Source: Leptolyngbyaceae cyanobacterium (GTDB lineage: Bacteria > Cyanobacteriota > Cyanobacteriia > Phormidesmidales > Phormidesmidaceae). Taken from it: a DNA stretch of 64,000 nt. The notes beneath the pieces were generated by a model. That model did no database searches. It worked only from the letters and a program-made list of their open reading frames with translations, and had not been told where the DNA came from. Both the position numbers and the translations under genes were made by a program. The stretch covers positions 37,371-101,370 of the forward strand of contig JBHJHA010000005.1 in NCBI GenBank assembly GCA_050331235.1. The letters are read 5' to 3'. Below, piece after piece: positions 1 to 9,935 of this stretch (within the stretch, counting starts at the first letter, position 1; each line of letters starts with the position of its first letter).

Positions 1-1
1 T

Positions 2-313
2 CCTGTTGCGATCGGTCGCGAGGGCTGGCAAACGCCAACTGGCGAATTCGCTATTTTTCAACAAGTGCAAAACCCCGCGTGGGAACATCCGCTCACCGGC
101 GAAGTGGTGCCTCCAGGTCCCGAAAATCCTTTGGGGGTTCGCTGGATTGGCTTTTGGAGTGATGGGGTTAATGCCATTGGCTTTCACGGTACGCCTGACG
201 AGCACTTGATTGGACAAGCTGTCTCCCATGGCTGCGTCCGCATGAGAAATGCCGATGTGATTGAGCTGTATGACCGCGTTCAGCTTGGCACCCAAGTCCT
301 TGTCCAGCCTTGA
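2..313 (+). CDS. L,D-transpeptidase (ErfK/YkuD family), 5'-truncated by window edge
   Basis: Frame is open from position 2 (PVAIGREGWQTPTGEF...) and contains NPLGVRWIGF and the catalytic HGT...SHGCVRM motif. Confidence 0.93.
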   Translation, partial: PVAIGREGWQTPTGEFAIFQQVQNPAWEHPLTGEVVPPGPENPLGVRWIGFWSDGVNAIGFHGTPDEHLIGQAVSHGCVRMRNADVIELYDRVQLGTQVLVQP

Positions 314-488
314 TTAGCCCCAAGTGAAAAATCTTGGCGCTTTCGTTGTGAGATGACGAGATCGACGTGTCAGAAAAGTTGAACGCATGTATCATGCCTG
401 TTGCAGGGCAGACTCTTTTGCGAGTTCTTTCACCTAGCGCATCAACTTCGTGTCCAGGCGATCGCCGACGTCGTCTCCCTTCAGCAGC

Positions 489-1592
489 ATGGTTTTAGAA
501 CTGCTTACTCGTATCCTGGTATACGCAGCCATGGGGCTGTTCATCTGGTATGTGCTGCTCAAATTCATTCCCCGGAGCTTTCTTACCTGGTTTGGGGGGG
601 CCATCATTCTCACTCTGATCGTGCTGTCCTTCATCGATCCCAACGATGAAACGATCGGCTCGATCTGGAAAATTATTTCTTTGCCCCTGACCCCGCTAGG
701 GGCGACGGTAGGGCTGCTGATTTTGGCGTTAGCCGAGAAAAAAATCAAAGGGCGATATGTGGGGGTGGCCCTAGCCATCTTGCTGGTTTGCAGCGTGCCG
801 CTGTTTGCGCGATTGATTGTCAACCAAGCCGAAAGCGCCGTTGATCGCGCCTATGAAGCTCAGCTAGAGGTCTGTGGCGATGTGTGTCCGGCGGGGGTGC
901 CGCCCTCCATTCCCCTCAGTCAAGTATCGGCAATGGTGGTCATCGGGGAAAATATGGATGTGATCACCCCCATCGAAGACTTTCCGAGTCAGGTTGATCG
1001 GGGGGTCGAGCTTGACCCCGTGCTGATTTCGCGGCTCAACAGTGCCGGCGATTTTTATCAACGGTTGCGTGCCCAAGGCAGCAATCCTTTTGTAATTGTG
1101 ACCGCCGGTCCCCTCTACGGTAGTGCGGAGGAGCAGGCAAACGAAACAGAACAGCTCCGGCAGCTGCTCATGAGCCGTGGCGTCCCAGGCGAGATTGTCT
1201 TTATCGAAGACGCTGGCATGGATATCCACAAAGCCATGCGACAAACCACTGCCTTTTTAGAAGAACGAGGCATTCGAGGCGACCCCGATGCTCCCCAACG
1301 AGAATCCCAACGGATTGCCCTCGTTGCTCCGGCGCTATCAATGCGACGAGCGGCGCTCACTTTTGAGAATAATGATTTGGAGGTGGTGGCTTGGCCGACG
1401 AATCTATATGGTACTCGGGAGGCTACCGGCGATACGCTGGCCAAGCTGTCTGATTTATTCCCTAGCGTGGAGGCGCTGCGGATCACGACCCGCTACTGGA
1501 ACGAGCTATTGACATCTTTTTATTATTTCCTGCGGGGCTGGCTACCGAGCTTCACCGTCCGCTGGGATGATGTCGTAGAAATCGTGCCATAG
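489..1592 (+). CDS. YdcF/DUF218 family membrane protein
   Basis: N-terminal TM helices, then a DUF218-like domain (RLNSA, LVAPALSMRRA, YYFLRGWL). Start moved to ATG 489 (MVLELLTRIL) by inference. Confidence 0.8.
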   Translation: MVLELLTRILVYAAMGLFIWYVLLKFIPRSFLTWFGGAIILTLIVLSFIDPNDETIGSIWKIISLPLTPLGATVGLLILALAEKKIKGRYVGVALAILLVCSVPLFARLIVNQAESAVDRAYEAQLEVCGDVCPAGVPPSIPLSQVSAMVVIGENMDVITPIEDFPSQVDRGVELDPVLISRLNSAGDFYQRLRAQGSNPFVIVTAGPLYGSAEEQANETEQLRQLLMSRGVPGEIVFIEDAGMDIHKAMRQTTAFLEERGIRGDPDAPQRESQRIALVAPALSMRRAALTFENNDLEVVAWPTNLYGTREATGDTLAKLSDLFPSVEALRITTRYWNELLTSFYYFLRGWLPSFTVRWDDVVEIVP

Positions 1593-1636
1593 ACTCACCG
1601 ATGAATTTCCGAGAATGAGTGGCCAATCCAATTCAT

Positions 1637-1665
1637 ATCTGCCTGTCTAAATCTAGATAGGAGAT
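1637..1665. terminator. Hairpin between convergent genes
   Basis: ATCT-G-CCTGTCTA-aatc-TAGATAGG-AGAT imperfect inverted repeat; no strong U-tract. Confidence 0.4.
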
Positions 1666-1689
1666 CAGATTGCTGATTCGACTGAATGA

Positions 1690-3030
1690 TTACTGGGGCG
1701 ATCGCCCTAGCTGAGTCGGGCTAGGGGTTGGAGCGGCCCAATAGCTGTCGATAGTGGGTTCGAGAGCGGAGACAGCCCGTAAAAATTGGATGTCTTGGTT
1801 TGATGCCAAACGAGATGGATCGCTAAAGAGCGCGCTTTCTTCCCCATTACTCAAATCAACTGCGATGTCTGGCGTAATGCCCCTTTGGCTAATATCAGTG
1901 CCATTGGGGGTGTAGTAATGGGCGATCGTGACAGCCAGACCTGATCCATCCGACAACCCGTACAGTGACTGTACCAGCGCCTTGCCATAAGTCGTTGTTC
2001 CAACAACGGTAGCGCGCTGGTTATCCTGCAGCGCCCCGGTCAAAATCTCGCTAGAGCTGGCAGAGCGACCATTGACCAAAACTGCCATGGGCAAGTCTGT
2101 CAGGGCCGAGCGGTTGGCGCTGATTTCAGCCGGATCCCCGTTACGATCAAGGGTCCGAACGATGGGTCCCCGCTGTAGCCACAGGCGGCTGATTTCAATG
2201 CTGGCCGACAATAACCCTCCAGGATTGCCTCGTAAATCCAGCACAAAGGCTTCCACGTCTTGATTAGTCAGTGACTCGATCGCCGCCGCCATCTGCTCTG
2301 TGGCATGACCGTTGAACTCTCCCAGGCGGATGTAACCAATCCGGTAGCCATTGACTTCTTTCAGCTCGTGGGCCACAGTGGGAATCTCGAGGCGAGCCCG
2401 CGTCAAAATCACTGAGCGCGGGGCACCGCTATTGCGGGAAAAGGTCAAGGTGACTTGGGACCCTTCTTCGCCCCGGAGTAGATTAGCTACCCCGGTAACA
2501 CTCAGGCGCTCCACCGACTGACCATCAACGAGCATGATGCGATCGCCCACCTGCAAGCCGGTTTGAGCCGCTGGCGAATCAGCCAGCACATTGGACACAA
2601 AGATCGAGCGCGTCTGACCATCACGCTGCAGTTGCAGGCCAATCCCCGAAACTTCGCCAGCGGTTTGGTCAGAGATTTCTGAATACTCCCGGGGATTCAA
2701 AAAGCGAGTGTACGGATCATTCAGCCGACCAAGCTCCTCTCTCAAGGCCGAATAGGCGGCCTCTGCGGAGACATACTCCTGGCCGAGCAGCCGCTGCCGG
2801 ACCGCCAACCAATCCGTTTGGTTAAAGGTGGAATCTACATACTCTTGATTGACAAGCTGCCACGCTTCATCCAGTACTGCCTTCGGGTTATCCTCAGTCA
2901 GCTCCGCCGCTTCAGCGGTGGAATTAACCGCCGGTGCAATGGTCGTAAAAGCGGTGAGTAGAGAGGTCGCGATCGCTCTTGGAATAAAGTCTGTCGGCGA
3001 AAGGAACCGTCGATTGGCAGCACGGGTCAT
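1690..3030 (-). CDS. S41 carboxyl-terminal processing protease (CtpA/B/C family)
   Basis: Signal peptide, LNDPYTRF, PDZ domain (GIGLQL), DLRGNPGGLL, catalytic SASSSEI and TYGKALVQ. Paralog identity not resolved. Confidence 0.93.
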   Translation of the reverse strand: MTRAANRRFLSPTDFIPRAIATSLLTAFTTIAPAVNSTAEAAELTEDNPKAVLDEAWQLVNQEYVDSTFNQTDWLAVRQRLLGQEYVSAEAAYSALREELGRLNDPYTRFLNPREYSEISDQTAGEVSGIGLQLQRDGQTRSIFVSNVLADSPAAQTGLQVGDRIMLVDGQSVERLSVTGVANLLRGEEGSQVTLTFSRNSGAPRSVILTRARLEIPTVAHELKEVNGYRIGYIRLGEFNGHATEQMAAAIESLTNQDVEAFVLDLRGNPGGLLSASIEISRLWLQRGPIVRTLDRNGDPAEISANRSALTDLPMAVLVNGRSASSSEILTGALQDNQRATVVGTTTYGKALVQSLYGLSDGSGLAVTIAHYYTPNGTDISQRGITPDIAVDLSNGEESALFSDPSRLASNQDIQFLRAVSALEPTIDSYWAAPTPSPTQLGRSPQ

Positions 3031-3427
3031 AAATAGGTTGTAGTGAGAGTAAAGAAAAGGGTCACACAGGCGAAGCCATGGTGATACTTGACAACCCTCA
3101 CGCCGCTTAAATCAAGGCTGACTGGGGCTGCCAGACTGAATAACTATTGCCAAATAGTCTAGCCAAAAAGTTTCGCTCCTGGGGGGGCTGTGTTCCAATT
3201 CTTAGACTGTATTAATCTTCGTCAGTGGGGGCCTCGTTGACCCATGCTCAGCTTTGCTCGAACTGTTGCGTGAGGTCCATTGATGCCCAACTTGCCAGAG
3301 TGCCGCACCGGCTTGGTAACGCACACCTCAATCCCAACGCCTGATTGGGCTCCCATGCCCGGATAATCGGTGCCGAAGCAACCTAAGTACTGCCACAGTA
3401 CAGCTACGATCGCCGTGCAAATTTGCT

Positions 3428-4444
3428 CTAGCTGTTGGGTTTGACCGAGGGCTTCGTTGCAGATTCTAGTTTGTTGGCTAGAAACCGCATGATGACATCG
3501 CGCTGATTAATGAGATAAATGCTGACAATTGTGAGCGCAACGCCCCCTGTCTGGATGGGACTTAAGACCTCCCCAAGAAACAAATTGCCGAACAGCAAGG
3601 CAAATACAGGGGTCAGAAAAGTCAACGCACTCAGACTCGTTAGGTTGCCCTTGGAGGCCAACCAGAAGAATATGCCATAGGCCAGCGCACTCCCCAAAAC
3701 GGTCGAATAGGCGATCGCGCCCCACCCGCCAAGACTCACCATTGACCAGGGCTCGGCCTCTAGCCCTGCCGACAGAGCCGCTAGGGGCACCCCTCCCAAC
3801 ACCATATGCCAACCGGTCGCCACGACCGGGTCGGCATGCGCCGACACGTAGCGAATCAAGATCGTGCCGACGGCCATCGATAATGCCGCCATCAGCATTA
3901 GCCATTCCCCTTGATTAAAGAGCAACTGCACTAACAGAAGGCCATCCTCAGGCAGCTCACTCAAGGCAAAATGCCCGTGAAAGATTTCCACAATCCAGGC
4001 GTCCGGCAGCCCTAGCAAACTGATCCCCAGTAAACCGACTCCGAGCCCTAGCCAGCCTAGCCAACCTACCTGCTCATCAAACAACCAGCGGGCCATCAGC
4101 GCCACAGCCAAAGGTTGGGAGTCAATCATGACTGATCCCAAACCAGCCCCCGTCCGAACGAGCCCCTGCGCTAAAAAGCCTTGAAATAAGGTGCCATCCA
4201 CAAGCGCAAACAGGCTAATCCACAACCACCCGCGCACACTTATTTGAAAGCTACGCTGCATTAGCAAAGCCGCTAACAGCACCAACAGGCCCGCTGGCAG
4301 TAGCCGCATGGTGGCGAGGAAAAACGGCTGGGTATGAGGAATGACGCCTTTCATCGCCACCATGGCAGTGCCCCAAAGAAAAAAGGGAGCAATCATCAAC
4401 GGGAGCTTTTTAGAAGAGTTTGGAGCGGCGAGGTTAGAGTCCAT
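3428..4444 (-). CDS. DMT/EamA family transporter
   Basis: APFFLWGTAMVAMK start, two EamA repeats, about 10 TM helices. Start at ATG 4444 inferred. Confidence 0.9.
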   Translation of the reverse strand: MDSNLAAPNSSKKLPLMIAPFFLWGTAMVAMKGVIPHTQPFFLATMRLLPAGLLVLLAALLMQRSFQISVRGWLWISLFALVDGTLFQGFLAQGLVRTGAGLGSVMIDSQPLAVALMARWLFDEQVGWLGWLGLGVGLLGISLLGLPDAWIVEIFHGHFALSELPEDGLLLVQLLFNQGEWLMLMAALSMAVGTILIRYVSAHADPVVATGWHMVLGGVPLAALSAGLEAEPWSMVSLGGWGAIAYSTVLGSALAYGIFFWLASKGNLTSLSALTFLTPVFALLFGNLFLGEVLSPIQTGGVALTIVSIYLINQRDVIMRFLANKLESATKPSVKPNS

Positions 4445-4664
4445 TACAGGCAGGCAGCGATCGCGCAGTTTTAAAGGATGAGTAACTTCAATATAAAGAA
4501 GCTTTAAGCTGCTAGCCAAGTCGGCCAGGGTGATTAAGCTGATTTCCCCTTCATCAGGGAGAGTACAATGGAGTTCACGCTTTGATATGGATGGTTCATG
4601 CTGTAGCCAACCACAGCGTTGAACGATATCCCAAACCTTTATTTTTTCGTTAGTACGCTCGTCT

Positions 4665-5516
4665 ATGATTTGGCCTTTTAAGTCTCGCGCTCAAAAATCA
4701 GTTGCTCGGATTGAAGTATCAGGCGCGATCGCCGGCACTACCCGCAAAAACGTTTTAGAAGCTCTAGATGAAGTCATCGAAAAGAAGTTTCCTGCCCTGC
4801 TCCTCCGAATTGATAGTCCCGGTGGCACCGTCGGCGACTCCCAGGAAATCTATAACGCGCTGCTCCGGCTACAAGACAAAAACATCCCTGTAGTCGCTAG
4901 CTTTGGCAACATTTCAGCGTCGGGAGGAGTTTACATTGGCATGGGGGCTCAGCATATTGTTGCTAATCCTGGCACTATTACCGGCAGCATTGGCGTTATC
5001 TTACGGGGCAACAATCTTGAGCGCCTGTTAGATCGCATTGGGGTTTCCTTCAAGGTCATTAAATCAGGCCCTTACAAAGATATCTTGGCCTTTGATCGTG
5101 AACTCACCGACGCGGAACAATCGATTTTGCAAGAGCTCATCGACGTCAGCTATGGTCAATTTGTCAAAACTGTAGCCCAGGCTCGAGGGCTGTCAGAGGA
5201 AGTTGTCAGAGGTTTTGCAGACGGTCGCATTTTTACCGGTGAGCAAGCACTAGAACTCGGAGTAGTGGATCGCTTAGGAACCGAAGAGGATGCCCGCCGC
5301 TGGGCCGCCGAATTAGGGGGCCTCGACCCTGAGAAAGCCCCCGTTGAGAAACTTGAGCCGAAGAAAACTGGCTTGCAGCGGTTTTTGCCGGGAGCTCGGC
5401 AGTCTGTTTTGTCCCGAGTGTTTCCTGAAGCAACCTCCAATCTACAAACCATTACCAATTGGTTAGAGTTTGAAATCAGTACGTCTGGGCTTCCTCTATG
5501 GCTCTATCGCCCTTAA
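4665..5516 (+). CDS. sppA: Signal peptide peptidase SppA (short 36K type, S49)
   Basis: RIDSPGG, ASGGVY, TGSIGV, KSGPYKD and ADGRIFTGEQA motifs. Confidence 0.95.
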   Translation: MIWPFKSRAQKSVARIEVSGAIAGTTRKNVLEALDEVIEKKFPALLLRIDSPGGTVGDSQEIYNALLRLQDKNIPVVASFGNISASGGVYIGMGAQHIVANPGTITGSIGVILRGNNLERLLDRIGVSFKVIKSGPYKDILAFDRELTDAEQSILQELIDVSYGQFVKTVAQARGLSEEVVRGFADGRIFTGEQALELGVVDRLGTEEDARRWAAELGGLDPEKAPVEKLEPKKTGLQRFLPGARQSVLSRVFPEATSNLQTITNWLEFEISTSGLPLWLYRP

Positions 5517-5628
5517 GCTAAGCCGTACCGTTTCCAGTTTCACTGTTGCTAGGATTGACTCGAGTTTTATAGCTGATCAATCAATTTTTGATAAACACTT
5601 TGGTGCAATCACGTTGGAGGAAGTGAGT

Positions 5629-6030
5629 GTGGAATGGCGTATTCAAGCGATCCGTGGCGCAACAACAGTTTCTCAAAATGGAGCTGAAGAGATTGCCGTA
5701 GCAACCCAGGAGCTATTAGATGCGATCGAAGCTCAAAATCGCCTCAGCCCTGAGCACATCATCAGTGTCACCTTCTCGGTTACTCGAGATCTTGATGCAC
5801 TGTTTCCAGCGGCAGCGGCCCGACAGCGTCCTGGTTGGGATGCCGTACCGCTGTTGGACGTTCAGCATATGCATGTCGAGGGCAGCCTACCACGCTGTAT
5901 TCGGATCTTGATTCATACCCAAGTGCCAGTGTTACACGATGAAGTGGTGCACGTGTATCTTAGAGATGCGCAAAATCTCCGTCCTGACCTCGGCGATCCC
6001 GCTACTTCAGTGTCTTCTAGCCACCCTTAA
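5629..6030 (+). CDS. aroH: Chorismate mutase, AroH class
   Basis: AIRGATTV, FSVTRDLDALFPAAAAR, SLPRCIRILIH, HVYL...LRPD. GTG start at 5629 follows GGAGG. Confidence 0.93.
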   Translation: MEWRIQAIRGATTVSQNGAEEIAVATQELLDAIEAQNRLSPEHIISVTFSVTRDLDALFPAAAARQRPGWDAVPLLDVQHMHVEGSLPRCIRILIHTQVPVLHDEVVHVYLRDAQNLRPDLGDPATSVSSSHP

Positions 6031-6238
6031 TGCCCAGTTGCCTTAGCGCTCAAGAAATTGTGTAAGGGCCAGAGGCTCCACAGAACTTTATGGGGATAGA
6101 TAGGGCGTCCAAGCCTCTGACAGAGGCCCCTATCTCGCCTCAAGATGACTTTATCCCCACCTGTTGCCAAGTGGGAAGACAGATCTTCTAGCGAAGGATG
6201 CCGCTAGACTAGCCGCGGCTGCCTTTAGGAAGCTCAGC

Positions 6239-7138
6239 TTATTTAGACTTACGAGAATGAAACCGAATACCTAAAAATAGGTCGTATAGAAATCCGAAGA
6301 GATCTTTCGTCCCATTTAAAATTCCTAATGATTGTGGTGAACCTTTCGCATCCAACAATGGCTTCATGATTTCGTAAGCTGATTTATAGCGATACCAGGG
6401 AATAGACGGCCACAGGTGATGGATTAGATGGTAATTTTGGCCCATGATCATCAAGTTCAAAACAGAACTGGGATAAACCCGGGCGTTTTTCCAGCGATCG
6501 CGCTCTTCAAACGGGCGGTGTGGTAAGTAGTCAAAGAATAGCCCTAGGGCAATGCCGACCACAAGCGCGGGAGAAAACCAAAAGTTAAAGATGTATCCCA
6601 AAAAGCCAAACTGAACCGCGGCCAACACCAGCAGGCCAACTGCTAGCCGGCCTAAAAACCACTCCAGTAGCTCCCACTTGCGCCAGAGACGGCGCTGAAA
6701 GAAATAAATTTCGTGATAGAAAAAGCGAGCCGCGATCAACCAAAGCGGTCCGCCTGTCGAAACAAAATGGTCTGGATCATTCTCGGGGTCATTCACATGG
6801 GCGTGATGCTGCAGATGAACGCGCGTGAAAACTGGGAATGAAAACCCGAGGATCAGAGCACTGCCATGCCCCAAAGCGGCATTGACAATACGGTTACGAT
6901 GCGCTGAATTGTGCGATGCATCGTGAATTACCGTGCCCGCCAGATGCAGCGCCAAAACGTTCATGCAAAAAACGCACCAGCTAACCCATCCCCAGAGGAA
7001 ATAACCCGCTGTAGACGTCGCAATTAAGACCACAGAAGCCAGAAGCATCAGCAGATTTAGGCTCAACCCACCATCTGCTTTCAAATACTCTGAGGGAACG
7101 GTCTTAGGAAGTGTCAGGGGCTGACCGGCCACCGACAT
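6239..7138 (-). CDS. crtR: Beta-carotene hydroxylase (fatty-acid-desaturase fold)
   Basis: His boxes HDASH, HLQHH, HLIHH; FFDYLPHRPF; AAGGAG before ATG 7138; divergent from pyk. Confidence 0.93.
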   Translation of the reverse strand: MSVAGQPLTLPKTVPSEYLKADGGLSLNLLMLLASVVLIATSTAGYFLWGWVSWCVFCMNVLALHLAGTVIHDASHNSAHRNRIVNAALGHGSALILGFSFPVFTRVHLQHHAHVNDPENDPDHFVSTGGPLWLIAARFFYHEIYFFQRRLWRKWELLEWFLGRLAVGLLVLAAVQFGFLGYIFNFWFSPALVVGIALGLFFDYLPHRPFEERDRWKNARVYPSSVLNLMIMGQNYHLIHHLWPSIPWYRYKSAYEIMKPLLDAKGSPQSLGILNGTKDLFGFLYDLFLGIRFHSRKSK

Positions 7139-7166
7139 ACGCAAAGCTCCTTACAATCTAACTTCG

Positions 7167-7180
7167 GTAGTATACGGTAC
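7167..7180. promoter_or_regulatory. Candidate NtcA box overlapping the crtR -10 element
   Basis: GTA-GTATACGG-TAC fits GTA-N8-TAC; the minus strand has TATACT at 7169-7174. Confidence 0.35.
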
Positions 7181-7532
7181 TTAGGAGTAACAATAAAGTT
7201 TTGTGACGTTTCTCATTTGGAGGTCCTTGGTCGGTCGACAGGCTCACGAGCCAGGTGAATTGATACTAATGGCCTCCCCGCGACTTTGAATCCCAAAATG
7301 CCGGGATAGTTGCTCGTCGATAGCAGTGCGATGGCTCTGCTAAGAGCTCTGTCCAAAGTTCTCAGAAACCCTAAGTAGCGCCCCATAAAAGGCGAGGAAG
7401 AGACATCCTCATGCTGGGATAACGTGATACTATCCCGATGACTTATGTCGAGAACTGTGGCGAATTGCCAGATATTCTGGGGTGTTCTCAGTTCTGCTTC
7501 ATCACTTCAATTTTTCCTTCCGTGAACCGGCT

Positions 7533-9323
7533 ATGCAACTTCGAAATGCTTTGCGACGCACTAAGATTGTGGCCACAATTGGTCCAGCAACTCAAGATCC
7601 TGATGTGTTGCGATCGCTGATCGAGGCCGGAGCTACGACATTACGCCTCAATTTTTCCCATGGCACCCATGAAAACCACCAGCGCAGCGTCCGCCTGATC
7701 CGCCAAATTTCCTTTGAGCTCAATCAGCCAGTGGGCATTTTGCAAGACTTGCAGGGACCCAAAATTCGCTTAGGCCGGTTTGAAGACGGTTCCATTCATC
7801 TCAATAAAGGTGATGCCTTTACGCTCACAAGTCGCTCAGTGCCAGGAACGTCTCGCATCAGCTCAGTTACCTACGAGCCGCTGGCCCAAGAGGTCCCCAG
7901 TGGCTCCACCATTTTGCTCGACGACGGCAAAGTTGAAATGAAGGTCGAATCCGTCGATAAAGCACAGGGAGAACTCCACTGCCGAGTTGTCGTGGGTGGT
8001 GTTCTGTCGAATAACAAGGGTGTCAACTTTCCGGGGGTCTATCTCTCCATCAAGGCCCTCACGGATAAGGACCGTAAGGATTTAATTTTTGGTCTCAATC
8101 AGGGGGTCGACTGGGTGGCTTTGAGCTTTGTGCGCAATCCCCAAGATGTGTTGGAAATCAAAGAACTGATCGCGAGTGCTGGCAAGCGGGTGCCGGTGAT
8201 CGTCAAAATCGAGAAGCATGAAGCAATTGAGCAAATGGACGCGATTTTGTCGCTGTCTGATGGTGTGATGGTCGCCCGGGGCGACCTCGGGGTCGAACTG
8301 CCCCCGGAGGAAGTACCCATTTTACAAAAGCGGTTAATCAAGACGGCCAATCGCCTGGGTATTCCGGTGATTACCGCCACTCAAATGCTCGACAGCATGG
8401 TCAATAATCCACGACCGACCCGAGCCGAGGTCTCCGATATTGCTAACGCCATCTTAGATGGCACCGATGCCGTCATGCTGTCAAATGAAACAGCGGTGGG
8501 CAAACATCCGGTCGAAGCCGTCGGTACCATGGCTCGAGTCGCTTTGCGTACCGAGCAAGAGAAGTTTGTCAGTGAGGCTCAAGAAATGGTGGGGTCACCG
8601 AGATCGATCCCTAATGCCATCAGTCAGGCTGTGGCCCGCATCGCCTCGCAGTTAAATTCGTCTGCGATTATGACCCTGACCAAGTCAGGAGCCACAGCTC
8701 GCAATGTGTCCAAATTTCGACCCAAGACTCCGATTTTGGCCGTTACCCCAGATGTGGCCGTATCTCGCCAGCTACAGTTGGTCTGGGGCGTGCGGCCTCT
8801 CGTCGTGCTGGATTTGCCTTCAGCCAGTCAAACATTTCAAGCGGCCATGAATGTAGCCCAAGAAAAAGGATTTTTACGAGAGGGTGACCTAGTGGTCATG
8901 ACCGCTGGCACGCTGCAGGGGGTTTCAGGATCCACTGATTTGATCAAGGTAGACATTGTCACGGCTGTTTTAGGGCATGGAGTCGGCATTGGCGAGGGAT
9001 CGGTCAGCGGGCGGGCTCGGGTTGCTCAATCTGGCCTTGAGGTTACGGATTTCAATCCGGGGGAAATTTTGGTGGTGCCCCACACCAGCGCTGACTTTGT
9101 GGAAGCCATTCGCCAGGCCGGCGGCATTGTTACCGAAGATGAAAACTTGGCCGGTCACGCGGCAGTATTGGGTCTCCGGTTGGGCATTCCGGTGATTGTC
9201 GGGGTTAAAGGGGCTACGGAAACCATTCGTGACGGCACCATTTTGACGTTAGATACCCGGCGTGGCCTGGTGTATTCAGGGGCGATGAGGGCCGTGAAAG
9301 CAGATTCCAATCTAGCAGTTTAG
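7533..9323 (+). CDS. pyk: Pyruvate kinase with C-terminal PEP-utilizer (swivelling) domain
   Basis: RRTKIVATIGP, RLNFSHG, DLQGPKIR, MVARGDLGVE, ATQMLDSM, C-terminal GHAAVLGLRLGIPVIVG. Confidence 0.97.
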   Translation: MQLRNALRRTKIVATIGPATQDPDVLRSLIEAGATTLRLNFSHGTHENHQRSVRLIRQISFELNQPVGILQDLQGPKIRLGRFEDGSIHLNKGDAFTLTSRSVPGTSRISSVTYEPLAQEVPSGSTILLDDGKVEMKVESVDKAQGELHCRVVVGGVLSNNKGVNFPGVYLSIKALTDKDRKDLIFGLNQGVDWVALSFVRNPQDVLEIKELIASAGKRVPVIVKIEKHEAIEQMDAILSLSDGVMVARGDLGVELPPEEVPILQKRLIKTANRLGIPVITATQMLDSMVNNPRPTRAEVSDIANAILDGTDAVMLSNETAVGKHPVEAVGTMARVALRTEQEKFVSEAQEMVGSPRSIPNAISQAVARIASQLNSSAIMTLTKSGATARNVSKFRPKTPILAVTPDVAVSRQLQLVWGVRPLVVLDLPSASQTFQAAMNVAQEKGFLREGDLVVMTAGTLQGVSGSTDLIKVDIVTAVLGHGVGIGEGSVSGRARVAQSGLEVTDFNPGEILVVPHTSADFVEAIRQAGGIVTEDENLAGHAAVLGLRLGIPVIVGVKGATETIRDGTILTLDTRRGLVYSGAMRAVKADSNLAV

Positions 9324-9380
9324 TCATCTGGGATTTGTTTGGGTGGACTCCCGGCAACGTCTATATACGGAATAGTGCTC

Positions 9381-9421
9381 GGGGCGGGATCTGACCCCTA
9401 CAGATCGCGCTCCCTGTCTTT
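9381..9421 (+). terminator. Probable pyk terminator hairpin
   Basis: GGGGCG-G-GATCTG / CAGATC-G-CGCTCC stem followed by TGTCTTT. Confidence 0.45.
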
Positions 9422-9509
9422 AAATGTGTAAAGCCCGGTGAGTTTGGCATAGATTGTCAGGAACTAAGGCAGTGTTGCCGGGCTTGGTGCGGTCGACCGA
9501 TGGTTTATA

Positions 9510-9696
9510 CAAACTATTCGAGTGAACATGAGTCTGATGAAACACAGATCGTACTGAACCTTGGCATTGTTGAGTGTGTTCTCAAAGTGCTTCGTTAAAC
9601 TCTTGCCGCGTCCCATCCAAGCCTTGGAGTGCTCGATTACCCAGCGAGCTTTGACCGGGACAAATTCGGTTTTGCCCGCTGCCGCTTTCTCCGCCA
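9510..9696 (-). pseudogene. IS5-family transposase C-terminal remnant
   Basis: AEKAAAGKTEFVPVKARWVIEHSKAW...KSLTKHFENTL...LCFIRLM resembles the GFVP..RWVIERSNAW..R..SL.KNFERTL C-terminus of cyanobacterial IS5 transposases; no N-terminal part or terminal repeats seen. Confidence 0.75.
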
Positions 9697-9935
9697 CAGA
9701 TGCATTTGCTGGAGCGGTCCCCCCCATCCCCTGGCAAAAGAGGGCAGCGAAATCCAGGTGATGAATAAAATAACCCCTGTTGATGAATAGCCCCTTTTAA
9801 GAGGGCGGTGATAGCCGGGGGAGCCTCGATTTGTAACGCTTTCATGCAGAATCGGTACTGCACGTCATAAGGCGCACGGGGATTCCATGGAACCCTGGGC
9901 ATTCTATAAACGAAGCCAATTGCGCAGGAAGGTTT

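Noticed and set aside
9582..9902. 106-aa ORF overlapping the IS remnant
   Set aside because: Different frame from the transposase-like segment and no recognisable motifs
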